Of a stretch of DNA of 64,000 nucleotides, positions 44,238-55,904 are shown piece by piece. The translations under genes and the position numbers were made by a program. The stretch is from assembly GCA_028534125.1 (NCBI GenBank), contig CM052816.1:868001-932000 (forward strand). Direction: 5' to 3'. The DNA comes from Lama glama. Taxonomy: Eukaryota. Below the pieces are notes generated by a model. It searched no databases and was not told where the DNA came from. It was given only the letters and a program-made list of their open reading frames with translations. The first letter of the stretch is position 1. Every line of letters begins with the position of its first letter.

Positions 44238-46653
44238 GGCTACCTTTTTCTGTCCACTTTTTCCACCCCTTTCCGAAGGGTGGAGGAACAGAAGATGCCC
44301 GCGCTAAGACGAATTTCTGTCATTCTGAAAGGCCAGACACTGGCGGAGCTCCGTGCTTTTGCCCCTCAAGTGCCTGCTACCTATCGGCCACTCCCTCCCG
44401 TGGCCTAATCTGTAGAAGGCCAGACCCGCTACGACTTGGTCTTGCGATCACTGGCTCTGCGCGCCTTCTTCCCCGCGGTCCCTTTCTCGCTTCCTTTTCC
44501 GCGCCCTCTCTGCGAGTTCGTGGCAGAACTTTCCGTTCCCTTACCTGTTGCTCCACTTGGACTAGGGCTGATCTCTAATTCTTGCTCTTTGTTGCGTGGG
44601 GACCACCTGTGAACGGCCTTCCTCCCCTCGGACCCTGGGAATCTACTATTTTAGTCCGGGGTGGGGCTATGTTTAAGCCCCCGCGTAGCTCGCCATTGGC
44701 TCCCTCAGTGGCTTCTGTAGTGGGGTGGCCTTCCAATAGGGTAGGCACATAAGGGTTGAAGAATCCCGGGAGTCTGGGTCGCGCAAGGGCCGCAAATCCG
44801 TTCGGGTCTTGACGTAAAGTGGGTTTTTGGATGGGAGCGGGGTTGGGTGAGGGAGGGAAGCGCATCCCTTCCCTGCCGCGAACCCCACCCACCTCATTCA
44901 CCTCTCCCCGACGTCTACCCAGTTTTCCGCGAGTGTTTTTCTCTCCTCTGGTGTACCTGGCCCGGGCTCTATTTCGATCCCTGATCCAAGCTAGACTGCT
45001 GCTCGGGGTCAGTCCTTAAGTGGGATGGCCACTCGCTCAGGGCTTTTCTGAAGGTCCTCTGCCTCTGCCTAGGCCGCCTGGATGGGTCGTGCCCGCGAAG
45101 GCCACGGAGGGAGGGCGACCTCCTGCAGGCCAGGTTCTGCTTATGCGGCAGCACCCCCATTGTTCGTTAAGGATTTAGGCTCATTTTGTACACTCGATTT
45201 CTGTTAACAACATAAATGAATCAATCGGAAGGGTAGCATATGTTAGTTGGTTTGTTTAAAAGGAAAACTAAATAGTTGTTTAAAAAAACACAGTGGAAGC
45301 GAATGTGACAAAGGTATAGTCTTTAGGTTCAGGTGTCATGGATGTGGACACTTGTTTGCCCTTTTCTTTATATAATTCCATGGAGAAGAGACGCGAATGC
45401 TTACAACACGGAGGCCGTAGTGACCCAAGGGAAGCCAAGGACGCACAGCTGCCGTGAGCAGAGGGGAGCCCACCTAACGCTGAGGGTGCCCTGGAGGAGG
45501 TGCAGACAACACTAGGTGGGGATGGGATTCATTAGCATCGTGGTCTCCAAGGAAGAGGCCGAGAGGAGGAGCAGCGAGTGGAGAGGTCTGCGCAGCGGGC
45601 TGAGCAAGACTGCGGAGAGTGGCAATGGAAAAAATAGCACTTCTTTTCCTTGGAGGAGGTTAACCACCGTTCGTCTCCCACGATGTTTTCTAACAGCCAC
45701 CTGGGTAGGGAATTTCTCTTCCGGTGGCACAAAAATAAACCTTTGGGTCAGCTCTGAGTGGATTTTCGTGAATTCCTAAAGCAGGGAATCAGAATCACTT
45801 TTTTTTTTCTTTAAATTACTAAATAACCCAGTGGAATTGCAGGAGGAAAGCGCCCGCACGGCCCACGCCTCTGGTTCTCTGGGCGGGGGACTGTTCTGGG
45901 GCGATTCCAGGAGAAGGCAGCGAGGGCGGGGAGCCAGGACGCGCGGCGTGGGCGCCGCGTGTGCGCGCGCGTGCACTGCGATCGTAGCGAGCGGCGCACC
46001 AACTACCGCGGTCGGTCACCCTTGGGGGAGCCGGCTTCCTGGTTATCTCATTTCTGCTTCTCATTTCTCACTTCCCTACATTTTATGAACATTTTGCAAA
46101 TAAGTATATGTTGTTCTTTTATTTTCGTAAAACGATAAAGAGAAGCCCCCGTCCCGTTACCAGGTGCCCCACAAGAAAGGACTACGAGGGTTTCATTTCG
46201 TTTGTTGCGGCTCGGAACCTAGTCCATACCGCGTCCCCTCCGAGCCTAGGGCCCAGTTCTCTCAAGGAGCCCTCCGGCTCTCCCGGCTTCTGCTCCCTGC
46301 CCCTGGGCCTCCAGACTTGCGCCTTATTTGGGCTCCCTCGAGAAAGGGGGAGTCCTAAAACGAAGGGATGTCCTGGCCTGCTGCCCGAGTAGCCTTAGCA
46401 ATGAGGCCCTCGTTCGGATTCCAGATCTCAGAGGGGCCAAGTGATACCGAGCATTAACGCTGAGCGAGCTACTTACGGCTGAGTTCACAGCGGACGCCAA
46501 TATGGGTCGAACAGGGATAGGTTGGGCGTGGGGAGCTCGGAAATCCGGGAGGTGCTTTGAATATGCCAGAGATAAAGATTAACTTTTTCAGCAATTAAGC
46601 AACTCTGTGTAGATCCATATCTAGGGCTAAAATTAGGCGTTTTTCCACGGAGT

Positions 46654-46725
46654 GGCTCGTTGGTCTAGGGGTATGATTCTCGCTTTGGGTGCGAGAGGTC
46701 CCGGGTTCAAATCCCGGACGAGCCC
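46654..46725 (+). tRNA. tRNA-Pro(TGG)
   Basis: GGCTCGTTGGTCTAGGGG...GGACGAGCCC, anticodon TGG, long T-run terminator. Confidence 0.97.
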
Positions 46726-47043
46726 ACTTTTTTTTTTTTTTTCTTGTCTACTTCCTAATTAAATTTATTGTTCCGTGGACCGTTTTTCTCCTGGACGGGA
46801 AGTTGACCTTACCAAGGGTTCCGGGAGGACTGCGGATCTGAAAGAAGAGCAGGTAGCAGGGTGAGTAAGCCGCCTCAGAACCGAAAATCTCCGGTGGGAG
46901 ATTGGGTGCAGAGCCTCCTGCGAGTGTTTCCACTTGTCTGGGTCATGGGATCATCCTTTAACGTTCATAAAACTGTTATCTATTGTACCTACAAGAGGTT
47001 TTCCCAACAATCAATAGTAGTATGGAGGGTCTACCTCTCGCGG

Positions 47044-47116
47044 GTTTCCGTAGTGTAGTGGTTATCACGTTCGCCTAACACGCGAAAGGTCCCCGGTTCG
47101 AAACCGGGCGGAAACA
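47044..47116 (+). tRNA. tRNA-Val(AAC)
   Basis: Identical to the 26037-26109 copy. Confidence 0.96.
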
Positions 47117-47372
47117 ACCTTTCCTTTACAGTTCCTTTCTTACTATCTAATATTACAATTTTGAAGTTGGTCCACCTGTGTAGACTGTAACCCACCCCGC
47201 TTGCTGTCAACAATATGGGCGCGCGCTCAGTTGGGGTATTTCGTAGCCGCATGCTGGAAAAGGGAGTCGCACATCCGGAGAAACGTAGTCCGCAGGTGGG
47301 CCTCCAATTCACATACTACTTTTGTACAAGTCGCATGCTGTGTGAAAAAAAGTGCAACGTATCACCACTACC

Positions 47373-47454
47373 TGGCAGCGGTGGGATTCGAACCCACGCC
47401 CCCGAAGAGACTGGAGCCTTAATCCAGCGCCTTGGACCGCTCGGCCACGCTACC
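47373..47454 (-). tRNA. tRNA-Leu(AAG)
   Basis: GGTAGCGTGGCCGAGCGG...CCCACCGCTGCCA, anticodon AAG, long variable arm, T-run terminator. Confidence 0.95.
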
Positions 47455-48902
47455 TCGCGTGGAAAACACGGCACTGCCTTTGGCTGTCATTTTTCAATTC
47501 AGGCAACATCCACTGGGTCCTGAGGAAAACCAAATGTTGGGATGGGCCTACAGGTCAGCACAGAAACCAAACTTCATCCAACAGAATTAGCTTGGCCACA
47601 GCCACAGGCGTGGAATCTGTGCTGTACCAATGCTTTGACAAAAGAGAATTCACACAACGGTTTTTGGAAGGATGCTCAAGAAGTCACCCGGACCATTCAC
47701 CTTTGGGGAGTGGGCGTGGATGCAGAGTAAGCCTTCTACACGATTGCTTGTTTGTTTAACTATGAGTGTGTGTTGTTTTTCCAAATTAAAGGAAGGGGAA
47801 ACTCTGCACTGCCTTTCCCACTTCCTTTTCTTTAAACCCGTTACATTTTTTGGCAGAAACACTGACACATTCAGAAGTGGCTCTTTAGTGACCATGTTGG
47901 TCACAATCTCAGAGGCCTCCATCCATGCAGCTCTGTTGCCTGAAGTTTCCACCCTTGAAACAAATGTTTCAGCTGGAAGTTTCAGGTCTTGACAAAACAC
48001 GCTTGATTGCACACTCTACAGACACCCTCTTACCCCCACCCGCCTAATTACAAAAATCCATTTCTTAACAAAATAGCAAAATCCCAGAGAAAAATATATA
48101 GAAAAAATTCCCCCGCAAGCCCCAAACTGAGATAACCATCACTATTTGGTGAACTAATCTCCAGTTGGTTTTCTGTTGATTTTTACCTGCACCAGTGAGT
48201 CTATATATTTATTTGTGATCTTGCTATAGAAATAGATTTGAATCTCGCTTAAAAAAATTATCTCGAATGTCGTGTATAACCAATAACAAGCTTAATTAGA
48301 GGAGGAGACGGAAACTTCAGATACTAAGGTGGATTTTGGAACACGTTTAAAACCGTTAAGAGTTGTCATGAGTGTTCATAAAGTCTTTTTTAGATGTAGG
48401 GCTTTCCTTTTACTTGACAATTTTCACTCACCGATTCTTATTAAGGTCAAAGTCTTTTGCCTGTAAAGTTAAATGAAAAACAGAGAGAGAGAGAGTAAAA
48501 CAAAATTTCTTTAGTGTATAAGGATGTTAGATGTTTGACTTTTAAAAATTGTCAAGACAATTAATTTTCTTTGAATTATAGATCACAGTAGCTTTCTAAG
48601 TGATCAAGATAGAAGTACAAGCGAATTCTCAGATGCTCCTGGAAACACATTTTAAGATACAGCTCACAAGATATGTATTTCTTTTGGGGAATGATTATCC
48701 TTTGGGGATACTGAAGAATACTCGATTTATCTTACACTAAAATTTAGCCTTTGATCACTGTGGCTGGGATAGATCATAAAGTGGAATCGCCAAGGTTTTC
48801 TGGATGCACTGTTATTCGAAATAACTCAAAGACGTCTTGTGTCCTCAATCAGACGATTTATTTCCTTTTTCTCATATAATTAATATAGTGGGCTCTTGTA
48901 AT

Positions 48903-49508
48903 GGTGTTTCAGGACATTCTTGAAAACAGGTTTCAACAATACTAAGATCCTTTTTCTTTAACAATTTTCTTCCTTTTTCATGAAGAAGTCACTGCCTTAC
49001 TCTGTTTTGCAAGATCAAGTGTTTCACTGACACAGAACTGTTTGGAATGAACTCAAGAGACTGGAATCTGGGGTCTCTCCTCAAGTACCTTCCTCCTCTT
49101 TTAGCATCATTTAACTACTCTCTATCAAAAGTCTAATTGCAGCTGAGTTCTTTGGTCAGACAATTGACAACCATAAGTGGAAAAAAAAAGCTCTTTGATA
49201 AAAACCAACTGATCAGACGAGGTCTTCTCATGATGCATCTGAAACCCGCCATCCAGAGCTGTTTCTCTAGCTCTGGAGGTTCTCAGAAACACCTTGTTGG
49301 ATTCTTCAAGGGCTGCTGATGCTCCGTACCTGTACCACTCAGCTGCTCCTCTTCTAGATAGTCGTGGTCATCCTCCCAGTCATTAAATTCCTGGCCATCT
49401 TCCCCCACTCCTGAAGTCATGGCCGGCCTCCTCCTCTTCCACTGGCCCTTCCTGGTCGGGCTGTGGCGGGGCTCAGGTGTGGGGGTTCAGGGATGGCTGC
49501 CTGGCTCC
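48903..49508 (-). pseudogene. EID1: EID1-like pseudogene (5'-truncated, with 3'UTR)
   Basis: Minus-strand translation across frameshifts: ...QEGPVEEEEA/GHDF...GQEFNDWEDDHDYLEEEQLSG...SAALEESNKVFLRTSRARETALDGGFQMHHEKTSSDQLVFIKELF...LMVVNCLTKELSCN*TFDRE*, matching the EID1 C-terminal half as recalled; premature stops and frameshifts; 3' extent uncertain (may reach ~48350). Confidence 0.85.
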
Positions 49509-49576
49509 AAGAGAGGAGGGCAGCCAGTACCAGAGAAGAATACACTGCATCCCGGTAGATCTATTCTTGGTGCTTA

Positions 49577-50091
49577 TGTTACCGAGTCCAGTCTCATTTT
49601 GCTCATCACAGGACAGGCCAACAAATCCAGAGACGAGGTGCTGGGGCAAGGAATAGCGACTTTATTCCAAAAGCCGGCAGACCGAGAAGATGGCAGACTA
49701 ATGTCTTGGAGAACCATCTTCTCCAAGTCAGAATTAAGAAGAGCGGGTATGCTTGGTTGTTGCAAACTTCTTGGTGAAGGCATTCTTTGTTGGCGGAATC
49801 CTTTGTTCTTGCAGCTATCCACGTGGGCCAGATCATGATGCCCCTGTAAACCTCCAATAAAACAAATGCTATTTTCTATTCTGCAACTTGTTATCTTTAT
49901 AGGAGTGCAAAAGTGTTCATATCCTTAAAGGTCAGAACCTTGAGAATAGGCTGTGTATTTCAGGCTAAAGGCAACACTCTTTTACAAAAGGTGCAGAGCC
50001 GGCAAGACTAAGCCTAGAAAACAGGGCACAGGGTTAAAGCCAAAGGAACAACAGATCTAATGTGGAGTCAGATTTGTTCTTTTCTATTACA
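49577..50091 (-). mobile_element. solo LTR (ERV1-like)
   Basis: TG...CA termini (TGTTACC...TATTACA), minus-strand AATAAA near the left end, LTR-like composition; no clear TSD. Confidence 0.6.
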
Positions 50092-50571
50092 TATAGACAG
50101 CGTATAGCCTGTCTCAGAAGGCCAGAGAGGCCACGAGGCATGGGGGAGTGGGTGTGTAAAGTTAAAGTAGATACACATTACATAGACAGAGTGTGGGCCA
50201 TCTCAAAAGGCAAGGGACAGGCAGAGAGAGAGAGACAGAGAGACAGAGACAGAGACAGAGAGCCCCGAGATGCCAGCTTTTTAGTCTCTATGGGCTTGGT
50301 AACTTCATATGCTAACAAGTGGGAAGATTATTCCTCCTGCTTTGGGAAAGGGGCTGGGATTCCCAGGAACTGCGCCATCACCCACTTTTTGACCTTTCAG
50401 CCTTGAAACTGTCCTGACACCAGTGGGAGTGCCATTTAGCATGCTGTTGTATTTCAATGAGCATATATTGGAGCTCAAGGTCTACTGGGAGTTGAATCTC
50501 CCACCATCTTGGTGGTAATTGCTGTGTCATTCTTTTAATGGCTATGCCCTGCCCTCTTTCCTCTTGTCTCA
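50092..50571 (-). mobile_element. second, truncated LTR-like element containing an (AGAGAC)n repeat
   Basis: LTR-like sequence ending TGTCTCA; purine repeat at ~50221-50262. Confidence 0.45.
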
Positions 50572-51524
50572 ACTTTATCACTTCATCTAGATAGCTGTGG
50601 GCCAGCATCGGTCTCTTTCTTTCCTTCCGCCTCTACCTTCTGTCCATCCATCAACAAACCTGTGGAAGTTCCCTACAAAGAATGCCAAGAGTGCCCACAA
50701 CCACCCTCTTGTATTGTCTGGGGCTGCCCAGGCCTGCCTCCAATCCTATTTGCTCACCGATTTTAATTTGGGAAAGTTTTGACATGAAAATATAGTGAGT
50801 ATTACAATGAACCTGACATACCCATCCGCCAGCTTCAGCAGTTTTAAATTTTTGGTCACTTCTGTGTTCTCTCCACCTTTCTTCTCCTGATTATTTCAAG
50901 CAAATCCCAGTTATCATGTCATTTCATCTATGCCTATTTCAGTCCAAACCTCTAAAAGATAATTTTTAAAAGACATCACAATAACATTATTACACCAAAA
51001 CCAGCTAGCAATAATTCCTTAATATGATCAACTGTCACATATGAACATTTCCCTGTCTTATAATTTTTTAAAACAAGTTTGTATGAATCAGCAAGGAAAA
51101 GAAGTCTTTACATTGCACTAGGTTAATCTGTCTCTTGTGTCTTCATCTGGTGTTTTTTTCCCTCCTTCTCTCTGTCTCTCTTTTCTTGCAATTTATCATA
51201 GGAACCTGGTCATTTGTCTCATACATGTTTCCTACAATCCGGATTTTACGTCTCTGTGAAGTGATCTTTTTAGAACACATATGGGTCCTGGTGCCTCCTG
51301 TTGTAAATCCTTTAATGAGTCCATATTTGACTTGGAAAGGAGGCTGAACTGTGGTCTTCGAGGCCCTGCCTGCACTCTAATACCACCTTTTATGCTTTGC
51401 CCCAGCTTTCAACCTGGAGGCCTGTACCTCCTAGAACAAGGCAAAGATCTTTTTGTTTGCTGTTTTCTGTACCTGGAAAACCCTTCCTTTTTGCCTTTTG
51501 GATTCCTCTGCCCCAGAGGGTACC

Positions 51525-51886
51525 TGCACTAGGTACAGTTCTCCAGAGAAACAGAACCAATCTGCAGGGTTGGCCAGCAGGCTGGAGGCTCAGGGAGCTC
51601 TGTGGATAGGCCTTCAGTCAGGAAGAGGCAATGTTGCAGATGAAATCTGGACAGTTTGATAAGAGTATTCTCTCTTACTGGGGGAAAGCGCAGTCTTTTT
51701 GTTCTATCCAGGCTCAACTGATTGGATAAGGCCCACCCACACTGCGGAGGGCAATCTGCTTTACTCCACCAATCAAAATGCTAATCTCAACCAAAAAGAA
51801 CTTTATGGAAACACAGACTAATATTTGACCAGGTATCTGGGCGCCCCATGGACTGGTCCGGTTGACACATAAAATTAACCATTCCA
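51525..51886 (-). mobile_element. MLT2-like (ERVL) LTR
   Basis: TTCTCCAGAGAAACAGAACCAAT, GGGCAATCTGCTTTACTC, TTGACACATAAAATTAACCAT. Confidence 0.75.
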
Positions 51887-52351
51887 CTACCCCAAACAGG
51901 AACTCTTCATTCCCACTCCTGCCTGTATTAGCTATCAGAGAATGCTGCACATTTAAATCACAGCCATCTACATTCCTGGCTCTATGATTCTTTTAAAATT
52001 TTTTTATTAGTTTATTTGGTTTGTCATTTGTCTTCTCCCTAAGAATGTAAGGTTGTAACAACAGGGACCCAGCCTACCTTGTTCACTGTTGGACCCCTGA
52101 GCTGCCCCCAGTGATAGCTACCACAAAAGCCAGAGGCTGTGACTGAGTTTCAGACAGGCCACTTGGTATAGCTGAGAAAGGTGGTTAGGCAGGCTTATAT
52201 GACCCTACCTGATTAACAACAGGGGACAGGATGCATCCAGCTGATGAAAATGCAGGACCTTTCTCTTAACCCACAGCTGGCTCCTTAAAAATCCAAGGGC
52301 ATACCCCAGTATCTTTTCCTTTGTCCCTGTGGAAGTTTCTTTCTTTCTCTC

Positions 52352-52668
52352 TTTTTTTAACTGAAGTACTGTCAATTGCAGTGTGTCAATTGCTGGTGTA
52401 CAGCACAATGTCCCAGTCATGCACATACATACATATATTCATTTTCCATATTCTTATATTAAAGATTATTACCAGATATTGAACAGAGTCCCCTGTGCTA
52501 TACAGAATAAACTTTTTTAAAAATCTATTTTTATATGTAGTGGCTAACATTTGTAAATCCCAAAGTCCCAAATTTATCTCCTCCCACCCCCTGTCCCCAG
52601 TAACCATAAGATTATTTACTACTTCTGCGAGTCTGTTTCTGTTTTGTAGATGGGTTCATAGTGTCTTT
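52352..52668 (-). mobile_element. L1 3' end fragment (laurasiatherian type)
   Basis: T-run followed by GGTGTACAGCA, ATATTGAACAGAGTCCCCTGTGCTATACAG, GTAACCATAAG motifs. Confidence 0.75.
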
Positions 52669-52670
52669 TA

Positions 52671-52716
52671 TCTTTCTTTCTTTCTTTCTTCCTTCCTTCC
52701 TTCCTTCCTTCCTTTC

Positions 52717-52757
<41 letters not shown>

Positions 52758-52773
52758 CTCTCTTTCTTTCTTC
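52671..52773. repeat. compound pyrimidine microsatellite (TTTC)n(TTCC)n(TC)n(TTTC)n
   Basis: Directly visible. Confidence 0.95.
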
Positions 52774-53871
52774 TGCTGGACCCTTCCTCTGCCAGGCCAA
52801 ATGTCTGGCAGCCCCTCCTCGGCCCAGACTCCATTGCCCGCACTTCTTTCCTGGACGGGCTATTTAATAGGGGCACCACCTGAGTCATCCCCTCTCAGGG
52901 CTGCTTTGAGGATGGGAGGGAGCTTGGTTTTCAAAACTTAACTGAACGTAAGTACTGTGTCCCTGATAGGATAGGATGAAGCAGATGCCAAAAGAGGGAC
53001 TAGGGAGGAGGGGGTGACATCTTCTACCTGGGGACTCAGGGCAGCTTTCTGGAGAATGTTTCAGACCAGCCACCCCATCCCCATGTACCTGCTTCATCTG
53101 ACATGGAGGCCAGCATTGGGCTCAGGGTCCCCTGATGTTTTGTCCCCTGGAAAGGGACCTGAGGGTGCTGAGGTCTCCTGTGAAAATGACTTCCAGTCCC
53201 AGCTCAGCAAAGAGGCACAGCCCAGACTTGGAGGGGAGCTTTGGCAGTTTCACAAGGGGGCCCGTCCTGAGTCAGGCATCCTGGGGAAAACCAGGTCGGC
53301 TGGTCTCTGTCCATGGAACTCCGTGTGGGTTCAGTTCCAGGCTGCACGGACCTGGGAGACCTGAACATGGAGTGTGGGGACCTGCTCTGTGATATGAGCC
53401 AGCCAAACCCCTCTCTGAAAAATGAGAGGGTAGAACAAGGCGATCTCAAAAGGTCCCCGCTGGCTCTGAAACGTCCCTGCTTGTGCGGCATTTAGATTTG
53501 TCCTATTTCTAATGTCTCTGCTGAATATCCTGCCCATCATCAGGGCGAGTTAAGGCCAAGATCAAGAGCCCATTTTCTGGACTGTCCTAAGTATTGTTGG
53601 AGAAGGTGGCCCCTGAGACCTGCCATGAGATGCCCACCCCCAAACATCTCCCAAGCATCCTCGCGCACCATTGTTCTTCCTACCCAACCTGAGTCTGGGA
53701 CACTGCAGTTCAGAAAAGAAGCAGTCTGGCACCAGAGCTGTTACAATCACTGGCTCCCCTGCTCTGCTCCAGGTTGAGAGGAAGCTGGCCATTGTCTCAG
53801 AAGGACCCACATGGCGAGAGTGTCCCTGTTGACAGGGAGGGTCTGGGGAGACCCCCCCCCACCATTCCCAT

Positions 53872-54501
53872 TACGACAGAATTAAGGTGGTTACTGGAGA
53901 GTAAGTTCTTGTCTTGTCACAGAAAGAATTCAGAGACAGACGAGACAGGGAGGTCAAGAAAGTAAAGTGAGGATTTATTAAGGGATGGATACTACACTCT
54001 TGAATAGAGAGCGGGCAGGGCCAGGTGAGCAGCTGCCCTGAGTTTCTTTGGCAAGCTGTTTGCTTAGACTGTAAAAATGAATGGGTGGAATATTCACTGG
54101 AGAGGGAAGGGTTTGGGGTCATATACCTTGATGTTCATCCCAGCCCCACCTTTCTGAGGGGAGGAGGGATTTCTGTCTATATTTCGTCTGGATTGAAAGT
54201 GTCATGACGTAGGTGCATGATGGGTACTTCTAATCGGCAAGGCTAATTTGATTGTAATGAAGGCATAGTGAGCAAGAAGTTACATTTGGATGCCGGAGAT
54301 TCCTGCCTTTTTTTTACCTTTCTTGGTCTGCCTCCAGGACACTTGTCACCCCAAAATGTGTGATTTCTTATCAGTCGGGAGGTTCCTGCTTTCCTCTGTC
54401 CAAGCACCTCCATTGTTCACAAGATGTATGGTTTCCTGCCATTTGGCCTGTGCGCCCATCCTCCTTCTCTGCTCATATCTAGCCATCTGCCTGCTCTAAC
54501 A
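53872..54501 (-). mobile_element. solo LTR (ERV1-like)
   Basis: Ends in CTCTAACA; minus-strand AATAAA (GATTTATT at ~53972); LTR-like composition; left boundary approximate. Confidence 0.55.
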
Positions 54502-55404
54502 GGGTGAGCGTGTCAGAAAAGTCCTTCTCAAAGGCAAGAACTCAAGGAGTAAAAGTGCAAATGACCGGTGTAAAGTGCTGTGATGAACAGGAGAGGGCCT
54601 TAGAGGTTATATTGCAAACGTCCACAGCATCCCCTGCCTCCAATTTTCACAAGTGGAGAAACCGGGAGCAGAAGGCTGGGCTGACACAGGCTGCCTCCCG
54701 CCTCCAGCATCTGGGAGGGCAAGAGGGTGGGGATGTTCCTTATCTGGGTCTTATCTGAAGCCTCTTTGCTTCCTGATCTCTTACTTCCAGGTCCTGATTA
54801 AGAAGAAACACCCTAAGTTTGGGACTTAAGGTCCAGAGTTGATCAGACTCTCCAGTTCATTTTTGTTCAGGAATGGCCTGTGCACGGCCCTTCTCCAGTC
54901 TTTAAAGATATTCATTTAATTCACTTCATTTATTAAGCCTGTTTTTCTTGTAGCCCACTCACTTCCCTCCCCTGACATTTCTGACATGTTAGCAGATCTG
55001 TATCCTGGTCTGGGATGTCTGGATTTGTAATATGTGTGAATGGCATTGTGTTCAATTTCATCTAATTTCTCCCTTTTCCCTTGTTGGTGTCTTTCAGCTC
55101 ATCCATGTTGGCTGTTCACCTCCAGTCATGCTGAAAATCCTGGTCCCTACCCTACCCTGGAGGATTTCTTGGGAACCTGTACCCAGGAGGAAACTTGGTG
55201 GGTCTGCCCTCTTCTTACTGCCTACTACGAAGCCCCAACCTATGCTCATTTTTCCAGACCACATTTTTTAATCATCTGGTTCCAGCCCACCATCCCAGCT
55301 GGCTGTATGTCCCACACATTAGTGTTAGAGCAGGCAGATAGCTAGATATGAGTGGAGAAAGGGGAACACAGGCCAAATGGCAGGAATTGGGCAAAAAGGA
55401 GGGG

Positions 55405-55904
55405 NNNNNNNNNNNNNNNNNNNNNNNNNNNNNNNNNNNNNNNNNNNNNNNNNNNNNNNNNNNNNNNNNNNNNNNNNNNNNNNNNNNNNNNNNNNNNNNN
55501 NNNNNNNNNNNNNNNNNNNNNNNNNNNNNNNNNNNNNNNNNNNNNNNNNNNNNNNNNNNNNNNNNNNNNNNNNNNNNNNNNNNNNNNNNNNNNNNNNNNN
55601 NNNNNNNNNNNNNNNNNNNNNNNNNNNNNNNNNNNNNNNNNNNNNNNNNNNNNNNNNNNNNNNNNNNNNNNNNNNNNNNNNNNNNNNNNNNNNNNNNNNN
55701 NNNNNNNNNNNNNNNNNNNNNNNNNNNNNNNNNNNNNNNNNNNNNNNNNNNNNNNNNNNNNNNNNNNNNNNNNNNNNNNNNNNNNNNNNNNNNNNNNNNN
55801 NNNNNNNNNNNNNNNNNNNNNNNNNNNNNNNNNNNNNNNNNNNNNNNNNNNNNNNNNNNNNNNNNNNNNNNNNNNNNNNNNNNNNNNNNNNNNNNNNNNN
55901 NNNN
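55405..55904. other. assembly gap (500 N)
   Basis: Run of N. Confidence 1.

Noticed and set aside
52612..52941. Lys/Glu/Arg-rich and Ser/Phe/Leu-rich ORFs
   Set aside because: Translations of the microsatellite and the L1 tail
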